A DNA stretch of 64,000 nt. Source: Minisyncoccota bacterium (GTDB taxonomy: Bacteria > Patescibacteriota > Minisyncoccia > Phycocordibacterales > PALSA-1337). The position numbers and the translations under genes are program-made. Shown piece after piece: positions 18,863 to 28,442 of the stretch. The stretch spans positions 848 to 64,847 of the forward strand of contig JAGOQK010000003.1 in NCBI GenBank assembly GCA_017991475.1. Reading direction: 5' to 3'. Numbering within the stretch: position 1 is the first letter of the stretch; each line of letters starts with the position of its first letter. The notes below the pieces were generated by a model. It was not told the DNA's origin and ran no database searches. It worked only from the letters and a program-made list of their open reading frames with translations.

Positions 18863-19408
18863 CTAATACTCCACCACCCTCTCATTCTCGCCCTCCCCGA
18901 CACTAAAGTTAATCTGAGAATACCCCTCAAGTTTCTCCACCGCCCCCTTCACATTTTCCGGCCACTCAATGAGGATGAGGTTATCTGGATCAGCAGCATA
19001 CTTCGCAAAATTGATCGCTTCCAATTCCTGGGCACGCTCGAGACGATATGCGTCGATGTGCACGAGACGCTTCCACGGAAAATTCGCTGCTCCGTTCTCT
19101 GTCAGATCCGCTACCACCTTCGTCGGATCAATATCATATATCTTCATAATCACAAATGTCGGACTCGTCACATCCTCTGTGATACCGAGATCCTTCGCCA
19201 CACATTTCGTAAAAGCAGTCTTCCCTGCACCGAGGTGACCTGAGAGACCGATAATTGTTGCTGTGTCTGTGTCATTCCCGCGAAGGCGAATTAGCAAATT
19301 CGTGCCTGGCCGGGAATCCATGCGATTCTTATTTTCAGAAATACCTCGCAGCCATTCATGGGCAATTTGGGCTGTTTCTTCTAGAGAATGTGATACTTGC
19401 TTAATCAT
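18863..19408 (-). CDS. tsaE: tRNA threonylcarbamoyladenosine biosynthesis ATPase TsaE (YjeE) with an in-frame repeat-derived insertion near the N-terminus
   Basis: P-loop LSGHLGAGKTAFTKCVAKDLG typical of TsaE; the preceding NKNRMDSRPGTNLLIRLRGNDTDT segment is encoded by the GTCATTCCCGCG...CCGGGAATCC repeat. Confidence 0.8.
   Translation of the reverse strand: MIKQVSHSLEETAQIAHEWLRGISENKNRMDSRPGTNLLIRLRGNDTDTATIIGLSGHLGAGKTAFTKCVAKDLGITEDVTSPTFVIMKIYDIDPTKVVADLTENGAANFPWKRLVHIDAYRLERAQELEAINFAKYAADPDNLILIEWPENVKGAVEKLEGYSQINFSVGEGENERVVEY
19271..19320. repeat. Palindromic element of the same family as 17097-17219 (GTCATTCCCGCGAAGGCG ... GGCCGGGAATCC) inside tsaE
   Basis: Shares the CATTCCCGCG / CGGGAATCC arms and encodes the same RLRGND peptide motif found in polA. 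Confidence 0.65.
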
Positions 19409-19458
19409 GAGGTAATACTACACGCCTTATGCTTATGCCTCAAGGCAGGAATGAAAAA

Positions 19459-19497
19459 ACCGCATCCCTTCCCTGTTGGAAAAGATGCGGTTACTGA
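19459..19497 (-). terminator. Rho-independent terminator (AACCGCATC...GATGCGGTT followed by TTTTTTC on the minus strand)
   Basis: 9-bp stem plus T-run, located just after the stop of the 19582..20160 gene. Confidence 0.65.
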
Positions 19498-19581
19498 TGC
19501 AAGACTACTTACCTGTGCCCACGACCGACTGCGGTGGTGGAGGTGTATCTCGCGGAATTGTTTACGGCATTTGAAGAACTG

Positions 19582-20160
19582 TTAACGACGACGTCCGCCA
19601 TGATTGAACATTTCTCCAACTGAAGGTACCGAACCGTACGGGTTGTTGTTGTAGTTCTGCCCATAGGATCGATGCCCTCCGAATGCATTCCGATACCCCG
19701 CCTGATTGGCGTGGATGCGGGCACGCTCGCCATACGCCGAATCGTTCACCCAATACGTTCCCGTGTGGTAGTAACTCGGATATGAGCTGATGCTCACCCC
19801 GGCTGACGCAACGAACGGGAGGTTGACGATGCCGACTCTGCTGGGAGTGTGGTACTGCCGCTCAACATATACCGGTTGCGGCGCAACAACAACTTCTCGA
19901 ATTACGACTGGCTGGATTGCGATCGTCTCACGAATGAAATTTGTCGTGATACTCGGTGTAGCGGAAGCGACTACGACATTGCTCCGCGGCGGAATCTCGG
20001 ATATCGGCGTCCACTTGATGACGAACTGTTTAGCCACTCGATTGGTGACGCCATTTGTGCACACCGCGGGTGACGAGCACCCGCACTCACACGCCCGAGC
20101 TTCAACAGCCCAGAATGTTGCGGCAACTGCCGCGATGATACTGACAATGATCTGTTTCAT
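19582..20160 (-). CDS. Secreted hypothetical protein (signal peptide, Cys-rich N-terminus, Tyr/Asn/Gly-rich C-terminus)
   Basis: Clear signal peptide MKQIIVSIIAAVAATFWAVEARA; own terminator; the overlapping plus-strand ORF 19790..20437 is rejected. Confidence 0.5.
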   Translation of the reverse strand: MKQIIVSIIAAVAATFWAVEARACECGCSSPAVCTNGVTNRVAKQFVIKWTPISEIPPRSNVVVASATPSITTNFIRETIAIQPVVIREVVVAPQPVYVERQYHTPSRVGIVNLPFVASAGVSISSYPSYYHTGTYWVNDSAYGERARIHANQAGYRNAFGGHRSYGQNYNNNPYGSVPSVGEMFNHGGRRR

Positions 20161-20393
20161 AAAACCTTTCGTTGTGTTCCGCGACAGTGCGGAACACCTT
20201 CTAACCTGGTATATATTATATCACCTTTCAATGCCAAAGTCAATGCCCACCTTGTGGCTCTACTTAGCCCTGTCACCCGCACCGCACCGCTCCCTTTTTT
20301 ACGATATATTCGCCATGTTCATGTATCGTCTACGCTCGGATCTTGCGAAAACAAGCTTTCACAAACCCTCACTTGACGATATAATAAGCACCA

Positions 20394-22067
20394 ATGACCA
20401 TCGTATTCGACGAAGACAAACAGAAAAGAAGGCTTGACCAGCTCCTCCACAAAGAAGAAGAGGATCTCGTGCAGATCCTTTCGGGCAAGTACGGCATCGA
20501 GTATGTAAATTTACTTGGTACCCCCGTGAACTCAGACGCCCTACGCCTCATCAAGGAAGAGGATGCTCGCAGGACACAGACCGCTGGATTTGCACTCATA
20601 GACAAGCGTATCAAGATCGCTGCACGCAACCCGCAAGACGAGAAGGTTACTACCCTACTCACCGACCTCACCGCCAAAGGATATCGACCTGAGCTTTATA
20701 TCGCTTCTACCCAAAGTCTCGAGAAAGCATGGAAGATGTACAAAGATCTTTCTTTCGCGTACGAAAGCAAGGCAGGATCACTCGAGATATCGAACGACGA
20801 AATCGCCGCTATCGTCAAAGAGGCGAAGAGTCTCCCTGTCATTGTGTCTATTTTGGAGAATACCTTGGCGGGCAAAAAGAGCTATCGCGTCTCTCGCATC
20901 CTCGAAACGGCTGTCGCGGGAGCACTCGCTATCGACGCATCCGATATTCACTTAGAGCCTGAGGAGACCTATGTCCAGCTCCGCTACCGTCTCGACGGTG
21001 TTTTGCAGGAAGTGACCCGCTTCGATACTGAGACCTACGGACTCATCCTCTCTCGCATCAAACTCATCTCGGGCATGAAACTTAATATCAAGAAGGATTC
21101 GCAGGACGGACGTTTCAGCATCCGCCTCCCTATCGGTGATATAGAGGTCCGCGTCTCGATACTGCCGGGCGCGTACAATGAATCCGTCGTGATGCGTCTC
21201 CTCAATCCGAAATCTATCGACGTACCGCTCGAATCACTCGGCATCAACGAGAAACTACTCAACATCCTCCTCAAGGAGATTGATCGTCCTGACGGTATGA
21301 TACTCACGACAGGTCCGACTGGATCAGGTAAGACGACGACACTTTATTCATTTTTGAAGAAAGTCCATAACCCCCAGATCAAGATCGTCACCATCGAGGA
21401 TCCGATCGAGTATCACCTCCCTGGCATCGTGCAAACACAGGTTAACGACAAAGGGTACAACTTCCTTGAAGGCCTCCGTGCTGCTGTCCGCCAGGACCCT
21501 GACATCATTATGGTCGGTGAAATCCGCGACAATGAGACGGCTGATATTGCAGTAAATTCCGCACTCACGGGTCACCTCGTATTTTCAACACTCCATACCA
21601 ACGATGCTGCAGGCACCTACCCCCGCCTCATCGACCTCGGTGTAAATTCGAAAGTGCTCACCTCAGCTATCCGCGTCGCCATGGCTCAGCGTCTCGTCCG
21701 TAAGCTCTGTGAATTTTGCAAGAAAGAAATGCCTGTCGACGGCGATGTGCAGCAAAATATTGAGACGACCATCCAGACTATCGAGGACAAGTCTCTCATT
21801 CCTGCAGACCGTTCCAGGATGTGGGTATCGGTCGGGTGCGAGAAGTGCAATGGCACCGGCTACAAAGGTCGCATCGGTATCTACGAGGCCATTCTCACTG
21901 ACAAGAAGATCGAGGACGCAGTGGAGATGAACCCGAGCGAGCGCGAGATTTGGGCGGCTGCCGCCGGACAAGGTATCCTGACCATGAGGCAGGATGGTAC
22001 GCTCAAAATCCTTCAGGGAATGACGTCGATGAGTGAACTCGAGCGAGTGATCGCATTGACTGATTAG
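20394..22067 (+). CDS. pilB: GspE/PilB-family secretion ATPase (type IV pilus assembly ATPase)
   Basis: N-terminal GSPII_E_N-like domain, Walker A LTTGPTGSGKTTTL, Asp/His boxes, tetracysteine motif CEFCKKE...CEKCNGTGYKGRIGIYE. Confidence 0.85.
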   Translation: MTIVFDEDKQKRRLDQLLHKEEEDLVQILSGKYGIEYVNLLGTPVNSDALRLIKEEDARRTQTAGFALIDKRIKIAARNPQDEKVTTLLTDLTAKGYRPELYIASTQSLEKAWKMYKDLSFAYESKAGSLEISNDEIAAIVKEAKSLPVIVSILENTLAGKKSYRVSRILETAVAGALAIDASDIHLEPEETYVQLRYRLDGVLQEVTRFDTETYGLILSRIKLISGMKLNIKKDSQDGRFSIRLPIGDIEVRVSILPGAYNESVVMRLLNPKSIDVPLESLGINEKLLNILLKEIDRPDGMILTTGPTGSGKTTTLYSFLKKVHNPQIKIVTIEDPIEYHLPGIVQTQVNDKGYNFLEGLRAAVRQDPDIIMVGEIRDNETADIAVNSALTGHLVFSTLHTNDAAGTYPRLIDLGVNSKVLTSAIRVAMAQRLVRKLCEFCKKEMPVDGDVQQNIETTIQTIEDKSLIPADRSRMWVSVGCEKCNGTGYKGRIGIYEAILTDKKIEDAVEMNPSEREIWAAAAGQGILTMRQDGTLKILQGMTSMSELERVIALTD

Positions 22068-22087
22068 TAAGATAAAACGAAAATACC

Positions 22088-22498
22088 ATGAATAATACAG
22101 CAAACGTATCGCAGATGATACAAAAATTGAATGAGGAAATCAAAAAAGAAGCACAGGAATTGACCTCGACTATGGAGGAATTGCACGCAACTGAAACAAG
22201 GGTTGCGCATCTAAAGGCAGACGCCCCTCAAAAACAGAAAGAACTTGATGCACTAAAACTTGAGATACCGAGAAAACAGAAGGAGCTTGATGCACTAAAA
22301 CTTGAGATACCGAAAATACAGAAAGAACTTGACGCACTAAAACTCGAATTGCGAAATGATGAAAGTGATATTCCAAAGCTTCGCGCGCACCAGCAAGGAC
22401 TTCTGCACGCAAAACAAAAAGCACAAATGGATCTGACTAATGCGCAAAAATTGCTTCAAAGTAATGTTCAGAAGATAAATATGCGTCCCACAAGATAA
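22088..22498 (+). CDS. Coiled-coil protein with three tandem 13-aa repeats (KQKELDALKLEIP)
   Basis: Repeats visible in protein and as about 39-bp tandem DNA repeats around 22230-22350; followed by a stem-loop at 22506-22535. Confidence 0.5.
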   Translation: MNNTANVSQMIQKLNEEIKKEAQELTSTMEELHATETRVAHLKADAPQKQKELDALKLEIPRKQKELDALKLEIPKIQKELDALKLELRNDESDIPKLRAHQQGLLHAKQKAQMDLTNAQKLLQSNVQKINMRPTR

Positions 22499-22903
22499 TG
22501 CAACGAAAACGCCTTTGACTTTCCTGTCAAAGGCGTGCGATGAAACTTTTCCCCATTGATTTCTAGGCGGGACGAGGGGTAGGATATCAGCAGATGAATA
22601 TCTCTGGTGAAGATCGATTCAAACTAGAGAATCTCTAAGCAATATCTCGGCGCGTGATGCGCCAAGCGAGGTAGAGTCCCGAGGATAATTTCAGTACGCA
22701 ATGCAAGCATTGCAACCAAAATGTCCTTAGCACTATACCCAAACCTGGGAAGGCCATTGCTTAGAGGTTCACGAGTTTGAAATGAGCGTGTCTATACAGT
22801 GATTAAGCATAGAAAAATGCGACACCTGTCGTTCGCATTCCTGATATGTATATTATACACTACCTATATGACTTCAAGAGTATCTTAGCATACCCTGATT
22901 AAA

Positions 22904-23914
22904 ATGTCAATACCCCCTCAAAATACCCTAGAAAACGAGAAGGATGCGGGATTCCTGGACCAAACACTGCGTCCGGCTCGCTGGGATGAATACATCGGTC
23001 AGAAAAACATCAAAGATAACCTCCACATCCTCCTGACGGCGGCACAAGAGCGCAAACACCCCCCTGAACACATCCTTTTCTATGGTCCACCAGGTCTCGG
23101 CAAGACTACCTTGGCGCACCTGATCGCCAAAGAGACGGGTTCGCAGATGAAAGTGACCTCTGGTCCTGCAATTTTGAAGGTCGGCGACCTCGCTTCTATC
23201 GTCACCAACCTTTCTTCGGGTGACATTTTATTCATCGACGAAATTCACCGTTTGAATAAAGCTATCGAAGAAGTCCTCTACCCTGCCATGGAGTCTGGAA
23301 CGCTCGATATTATCATCGGCAAAGGACCATCGGCACGAACAATCCAGCTCGACCTTCCCCCATTCACACTCATAGCTGCGACTACGAGAATTGCCATGAT
23401 ATCCTCCCCGCTCCGATCTCGATTTTCCGGAGGAGTGTTTAAGCTCGAGTTCTACACTGACGATGAAATCGCCAAAATTATCAAAAGGTCGGCGAAGATT
23501 CTAGATATTGAAATCCATGATGATGCCGTCACAGAGATTGCCATCCGCTCGCGCTTCACACCGCGTACTGCCAATTATCACCTCAAGAGATGTCGTGACT
23601 ACGCGCAAATCCACAAAACCTCTCTTACAAAAGAAGTGGTCGAGAAGGCTCTCACGATGCTCGGCGTCGATACGCTCGGTCTTACTGCTGCAGATCGTGA
23701 GATATTGAAAGTTATCATCAATAAATTTGGTGGTGGTCCTGTCGGTCTCGGCACTATTGCTGCTGCCCTCTCTGAAGAACAAGCGACTGTTGAGGAAGTG
23801 TACGAGCCGTATCTAATCCAGCTTGGTTTATTGGAACGAACACCGAGGGGCCGCATCGCGACAGATAAGGCGTATGCACACCTAGGTGAGAAGGGTGCGG
23901 CGAGGTTGATCTAA
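22904..23914 (+). CDS. ruvB: Holliday junction branch-migration ATPase RuvB
   Basis: Walker A GPPGLGKTTLA, DEIHRL Walker B, sensor and winged-helix C-terminus; full length 336 aa. Confidence 0.95.
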   Translation: MSIPPQNTLENEKDAGFLDQTLRPARWDEYIGQKNIKDNLHILLTAAQERKHPPEHILFYGPPGLGKTTLAHLIAKETGSQMKVTSGPAILKVGDLASIVTNLSSGDILFIDEIHRLNKAIEEVLYPAMESGTLDIIIGKGPSARTIQLDLPPFTLIAATTRIAMISSPLRSRFSGGVFKLEFYTDDEIAKIIKRSAKILDIEIHDDAVTEIAIRSRFTPRTANYHLKRCRDYAQIHKTSLTKEVVEKALTMLGVDTLGLTAADREILKVIINKFGGGPVGLGTIAAALSEEQATVEEVYEPYLIQLGLLERTPRGRIATDKAYAHLGEKGAARLI

Positions 23915-23974
23915 TTAACCTAATTAGAAATTTAAGCCATTTGCACTTTTTAATCCAAAGAGTAAACTACCACC

Positions 23975-24505
23975 ATGTCCGGCCATAACAAATATTCAAA
24001 AATTAAGCACGTCAAAGCGAAGAATGATGCTCAGAAGAGCAAGAATTTCGGTAAGCTCGTACGCCTCATCACAGTGGAAGCAAAGAAAGCCAAAGGAGTC
24101 CTCACTTCCCCAGGCCTTGCTGCCGCCATTGAGAAAGCTCGTGGCGAGAACATGCCCAATGATACGATAGACCGTGCTATCAAGAAGGCTACTACTGATA
24201 ACAGTGCCGATATGGAGTCCATCATCTATGAGTCATACGGCCCGGGCGGTGTTGCCATCCTCATTGAAGCCCTCACTGACAATAGGAATAAAGCTGCTCA
24301 GGAGATCAAGCATATCCTTTCCAAGAATGGCTTCGAGCTCGCCTCTCCCGGTAGCGCATCGTGGGCATTCAAAAAAGAAAATAATGTCTGGAATGCAACC
24401 ACCACCATGCCACTCGAAGATGCAGATATTGAAGTACTCACCAAGCTCGTTGAAGAACTTGAAGAAAATGATGAGGTTCAGGAAGTGTTCACGAATGCGG
24501 AGTAG
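23975..24505 (+). CDS. yebC: YebC/PmpR-family transcriptional regulator (short form, 176 aa)
   Basis: MSGHNKYSKIKHVKAKNDAQKSKNFGKLVRLI matches the YebC N-terminus; lies just upstream of ruvC as in the canonical yebC-ruvCAB arrangement. Confidence 0.75.
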   Translation: MSGHNKYSKIKHVKAKNDAQKSKNFGKLVRLITVEAKKAKGVLTSPGLAAAIEKARGENMPNDTIDRAIKKATTDNSADMESIIYESYGPGGVAILIEALTDNRNKAAQEIKHILSKNGFELASPGSASWAFKKENNVWNATTTMPLEDADIEVLTKLVEELEENDEVQEVFTNAE

Positions 24506-24508
24506 TTA

Positions 24509-24675
24509 AAGCGCACTGCCAAGAATGATACTTACGGCGTCGAGGACTTGTCCAAGTGAGCTGAAATTATTAAACATTCTGGCATGGGCTGCGTATGTCC
24601 CGTATGCCAGAATGTTTTGTAATTTCGCGAAACGAGTCCCGCAGACGCCGTAAGTATCATTCTTGGCAGTGCGCT
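24509..24675. repeat. Nested hairpin: outer 32-bp perfect inverted repeat enclosing an inner 14-bp inverted repeat, between yebC and ruvC
   Basis: AGCGCACTGCCAAGAATGATACTTACGGCGTC ... GACGCCGTAAGTATCATTCTTGGCAGTGCGCT; inner AACATTCTGGCAT...ATGCCAGAATGTT. Confidence 0.85.
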
Positions 24676-24687
24676 ATACTTATAACT

Positions 24688-25161
24688 ATGATTATCCTCG
24701 GCATAGACCCTGGCTATGACCGTCTCGGAGTAGCCATCATAGAGAAAAACGGCAGGAATAAGGAGAAGCTCCTCTATTCTGGCTGTCTACAAACATCAGC
24801 CGAAGATGACATCTATACTCGTTTCGGGAAGATCGGTGCTGAGGTTGCACGAGTTATCAGTGAATACTCCCCTGCCGCACTAGCAATCGAAACACTTTTT
24901 ATAACCAAGAATCAGAAAACTGCGATGCGCGTCGCCGAGGCGCGCGGCATCATCATTTACGAGGCAGTTCGGGCCGGCATACCAGTTCATGAATACAGTC
25001 CAATGCAAATCAAGTCAGCTATAACAAGCGACGGCAAGAGTGACAAGGAGCGAATTATAAAAATGGTCCATATCCTCATAGATATTCCAGCGAAGAAAAC
25101 CGTTGATGATGAATATGATGCAATAGCTGTTGCACTGACGCATTCCGCACATGCGAGGTAA
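24688..25161 (+). CDS. ruvC: Crossover junction endodeoxyribonuclease RuvC
   Basis: MIILGIDPGYDRLGVAIIE N-terminus (catalytic Asp) and RuvC-length body. Start placed after the hairpin; the longer ORF from 24595 is rejected. Confidence 0.85.
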   Translation: MIILGIDPGYDRLGVAIIEKNGRNKEKLLYSGCLQTSAEDDIYTRFGKIGAEVARVISEYSPAALAIETLFITKNQKTAMRVAEARGIIIYEAVRAGIPVHEYSPMQIKSAITSDGKSDKERIIKMVHILIDIPAKKTVDDEYDAIAVALTHSAHAR

Positions 25162-25219
25162 CGCACCTCGGGATATCCTGCCAGAGGATTGCTCCGAGGT
25201 AACGCACCTCGGGATATCC
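25155..25219. repeat. Direct repeat: two copies of GAGGTAACGCACCTCGGGATATCC 17 nt apart, overlapping the ruvC stop codon
   Basis: Seen directly in sequence. Confidence 0.6.
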
Positions 25220-25297
25220 ACAGGGGGGATTGATTGCCAAAATAGGAGGACTTTGTTACAACTATCGCACAAGAAGTTATCAGGTTAATTTATAGGT

Positions 25298-25561
25298 ATG
25301 CCAACGGCCAAAAAAACAAAAAAGACTGCTCCTGCGGTAGAGGAGCACGATGAGGTGGAAGAGCATCATGAAGATACTCTCCCCGTCAAAGCAAAGAAAC
25401 CCGTGGAGATCGACGAGCCCGAACCCGTTCTCGCGGTTGTAGACGAAAAGCTCGAAGAGGATCCTCTTGCTGCGCCAGCAGAAGATGATGAGCTTGCCGG
25501 AGAAGAGCTTTCACTTGACGGTGAAGAGCTCAATCCCTTCGGAGATCGCTGGGAGGAATAG
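25298..25561 (+). CDS. Small highly acidic hypothetical protein
   Basis: ORF only; extreme D/E content. Confidence 0.3.
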   Translation: MPTAKKTKKTAPAVEEHDEVEEHHEDTLPVKAKKPVEIDEPEPVLAVVDEKLEEDPLAAPAEDDELAGEELSLDGEELNPFGDRWEE

Positions 25562-25580
25562 TATGCAGTAGCTTCCGTCA

Positions 25581-28139
25581 TTGGGGGCTATTTGCTACTA
25601 TTACCATATGTCCCACCACAAAAAAAAGATTCATCGTCATGTAAAGGCGATTGTTGTGCTAGCTATTTCTGGGGTTTTCATTGTGACTGGTCTCGTGGCA
25701 CTCTGGGTGGCTACGCTCGAGATGCCGGACCTCGACTCATTCCAGAACAGGAAGATTATAGAGTCTACCAAGATATACGACCGTACGGGTACCATACTGC
25801 TCTATGATACCGGCAGAGACGCGAAGCGCACCGCACTTCCCCTCTCTGCGATTTCTTCATTCATACAAGAAGCCACTATCGCCATCGAGGACTCGGATTT
25901 TTATACCAACATCGGCATCGAGCCGACTTCCATCATCCGTGCAGTACTCGCAAACCTAGCAACAGGGGGATATGGGCAGGGTGCGTCCACGATCACTCAA
26001 CAAGTCGTCAAAAACTCACTTCTCACCAAAGACAAGACCATTACACGCAAAATCAAAGAGTGGGTCATTGCAGTCAGACTTACGCGTATAATGAGCAAGG
26101 ATCAAATCCTTGAAACGTACCTCAACGACACCTCATATGGAGGTACTATTTTCGGCGTTGAGGAAGCGAGTCGTGCATTCTTCGGTAGGTCAGCCAAGGA
26201 TGTAACACTTGCACAAGCTGCATATCTTGCCGCAATACCCCAGGCACCAACGTACTATTCACCGTACGGAACACATCGTGATGATCTTACTGCACGCCAA
26301 AGACTCGTGTTGAAACGAATGCTCGATCTCGACCTGATATCCCAAAGCGAGCACGATGAAGCTGTAGCCGAGGAGGTAGTATTCCTTTCTAAGAACGATT
26401 CAAGTATTCGTGCCCCTCATTTCGTCATGTTTGTGAAGGATTACGTAACACAGAAATATGGTGAAGAGCTTACGAGTAGTGGCGGCCTGCGCATCATCAC
26501 GACGCTCGACTATGGCATGCAAGAAAAAGCTGAGGATGTCGTGGTCAAGTTTACCCCATCCTTGGAAAGCAACTTCAACGCGAGCAACACCGCGATGGTA
26601 GCAATCGATCCGAAGACAGGTGACATACTCACCATGGTCGGTTCACGAGATTACTTCGACCCGACAATAGACGGAAATTTCAATATCGCTCTCGCACAAC
26701 GACAACCAGGATCCACATTCAAGCCATTCGTGTACGCAACTGCATTCGAGAGGGGGTATACGCCCGAAACTGTGCTGTTCGATGTAGAAACGGAGTTCTC
26801 TACGGAATGTACAGTCGAAGGCAAGCCAAAGAAAGCTGGCGAGGATCCGACGAAGGTTTGTTACTCCCCCGATGAGTACGATCACACATTCCCTGGTCCC
26901 ATGAGCATCCGAGAGGCCCTTGCTCACTCGAGAAACATACCGGCTGTGAAGGCGTTGTACCTTGCCGGCATCAATCGATCCATTCAGACCGCTGAGAACA
27001 TGGGTATCACCAGCCTCACCGATCCTGCCCGTTATGGACTCACCTTGGTCCTTGGAGGTGGCGAGATATCACTTCTTGAGCTCACGAGTGCCTATGGCGT
27101 ATTCGCCAACGACGGCATGCGCAACCCGTATCGATCTGTGTTGCGCGTCGAGGATAGCAAAGGAACTATTCTTGAAAGTGCAGAAGTGTCTCCTGTAGCA
27201 ACAGAGGCTTTGAAACCGGAGATCGCTCGTCAGATATCAGATATACTGTCTGATGAAAGCGTACGTATGGAAAGCCTCAAACCTATCGGTGAAAGTGTCG
27301 GGCGCAAAGTTGCCATCAAGACAGGTACGACCAACGACTATCGAGATGTCTGGGCTGTCGGGTATACTCCCAATCTTGTTGTTGGGGCCTGGGCAGGAAA
27401 GAATGACAACACGCCCATGAAACAGAATATCGCTGGTCTTATTATTGCACCTGTCTGGGGAGCATTCATGTCGCAGGTCGAAGAAACGTTCCCTCCAGAA
27501 AACTTCCAGGAGCCTCCGGCACCCCTTTCTGACAACAAGCCGGTGCTGCGTGGAATATGGCAGGGTGGTATTTCATACTGGAAAGACTCTATCTCGGGCA
27601 AGATTGCTACTGAATACACCCCCTCTGAAACCAAGAAGGAAGTTGCCTTCAATAATGTTCACTCTATACTTCACTGGGTCAACAAGAGTGACCCTCGTGG
27701 CGAAGCTCCCAAGAACCCCAACGACGACTCACAGTATGAGTACTGGGAGTACGCGGTTAGAAAATGGTTCGATAAATACCAGGAGGAGCACCCTGATTTC
27801 AAAGAAGCAACCTCAATCGAGATTCCCACTGCTGTAGATGATATTCACCTACCTGAGAAGGCTCCTCGTGTATCGTTTGTTACACCTACATACGGTGCAT
27901 CATTAAACTCAAAGGAAAGTTTGAACATAAAACTTCAAGCAACCGGAGCTTACCCCGCACAAAAAACAGAAGTGTACATCAATGGTAAGTATATTCTTAC
28001 CTCTGAAAAAGATCCTCTCAACATTTCTTTCTTCCCCTCTGACGTTGGCAACCTGTCTGGAAATACTACTCTTTCTGTAGTTCTCTACGATTCCGTCTTC
28101 AATAAAGGGATGGCTTCAACGACATTCTCTATTAATTAA
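25581..28139 (+). CDS. Class A penicillin-binding protein (transglycosylase + transpeptidase, PBP1A-type) with C-terminal extension
   Basis: N-terminal TM, GT51 motifs (EDSDFYTNIGIEPTSIIRA, GASTITQQ), transpeptidase SxxK (STFKPF), SxN and KTGT motifs. Start could be 25608. Confidence 0.9.
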   Translation: MGAICYYYHMSHHKKKIHRHVKAIVVLAISGVFIVTGLVALWVATLEMPDLDSFQNRKIIESTKIYDRTGTILLYDTGRDAKRTALPLSAISSFIQEATIAIEDSDFYTNIGIEPTSIIRAVLANLATGGYGQGASTITQQVVKNSLLTKDKTITRKIKEWVIAVRLTRIMSKDQILETYLNDTSYGGTIFGVEEASRAFFGRSAKDVTLAQAAYLAAIPQAPTYYSPYGTHRDDLTARQRLVLKRMLDLDLISQSEHDEAVAEEVVFLSKNDSSIRAPHFVMFVKDYVTQKYGEELTSSGGLRIITTLDYGMQEKAEDVVVKFTPSLESNFNASNTAMVAIDPKTGDILTMVGSRDYFDPTIDGNFNIALAQRQPGSTFKPFVYATAFERGYTPETVLFDVETEFSTECTVEGKPKKAGEDPTKVCYSPDEYDHTFPGPMSIREALAHSRNIPAVKALYLAGINRSIQTAENMGITSLTDPARYGLTLVLGGGEISLLELTSAYGVFANDGMRNPYRSVLRVEDSKGTILESAEVSPVATEALKPEIARQISDILSDESVRMESLKPIGESVGRKVAIKTGTTNDYRDVWAVGYTPNLVVGAWAGKNDNTPMKQNIAGLIIAPVWGAFMSQVEETFPPENFQEPPAPLSDNKPVLRGIWQGGISYWKDSISGKIATEYTPSETKKEVAFNNVHSILHWVNKSDPRGEAPKNPNDDSQYEYWEYAVRKWFDKYQEEHPDFKEATSIEIPTAVDDIHLPEKAPRVSFVTPTYGASLNSKESLNIKLQATGAYPAQKTEVYINGKYILTSEKDPLNISFFPSDVGNLSGNTTLSVVLYDSVFNKGMASTTFSIN

Positions 28140-28181
28140 ATAGATAAACAAAATGACACACTGCGCAGTGTGTCATTTTGT

Positions 28182-28442
28182 TTATCTGATATCTCCTATT
28201 TTACGAATAGATTGCTGTGAATTCGCCTCAATGAGAATAGCGTGTTTCTTGATAAAGATTTGAGACTTCTGCATTGCAGTAAGACCTTCGAGTACTGCAG
28301 TATCTGAGTTGAAATTGACCCTCTCTATCGGAATATCAAAACCTGCGTGTTTACGAATAGCATCACAAACTGACATGCGAACAACGACTTCTTGCGCATG
28401 TTTACCCTGAACTCGCTTGAAAAATTCGGATATATTAAGCAT
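28182..28442 (-). CDS. Small DUF721/DciA-like protein downstream of dnaN
   Basis: 86 aa, conserved position after dnaN; weak sequence-level support. Confidence 0.4.
   Translation of the reverse strand: MLNISEFFKRVQGKHAQEVVVRMSVCDAIRKHAGFDIPIERVNFNSDTAVLEGLTAMQKSQIFIKKHAILIEANSQQSIRKIGDIR

Noticed and set aside
19790-20437. 215-aa plus-strand ORF
   Set aside because: It is antisense to a minus-strand gene that has a clear signal peptide and its own intrinsic terminator, and it has no recognisable features.
22230-22350. Tandem roughly 39-bp DNA repeats (possible CRISPR-like array)
   Set aside because: The repeats are in-frame coding repeats of a coiled-coil protein (KQKELDALKLEIP), with no spacer/repeat alternation.
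22536-22903. RNase P RNA, SRP RNA, tmRNA or 6S RNA as the identity of the ORF-free region
   Set aside because: None of the conserved cores I can recall (GGAAAGTCC/ACAGAA for RNase P, the GGAA tetraloop context of SRP helix 8, tmRNA 5' GGGG...TTCGACG and 3' CCACCA) are present; left unassigned.
24595-24687. N-terminal extension of the ruvC ORF
   Set aside because: It runs through the nested hairpin; the RuvC catalytic N-terminus (MIILGIDPGY) begins at 24688.
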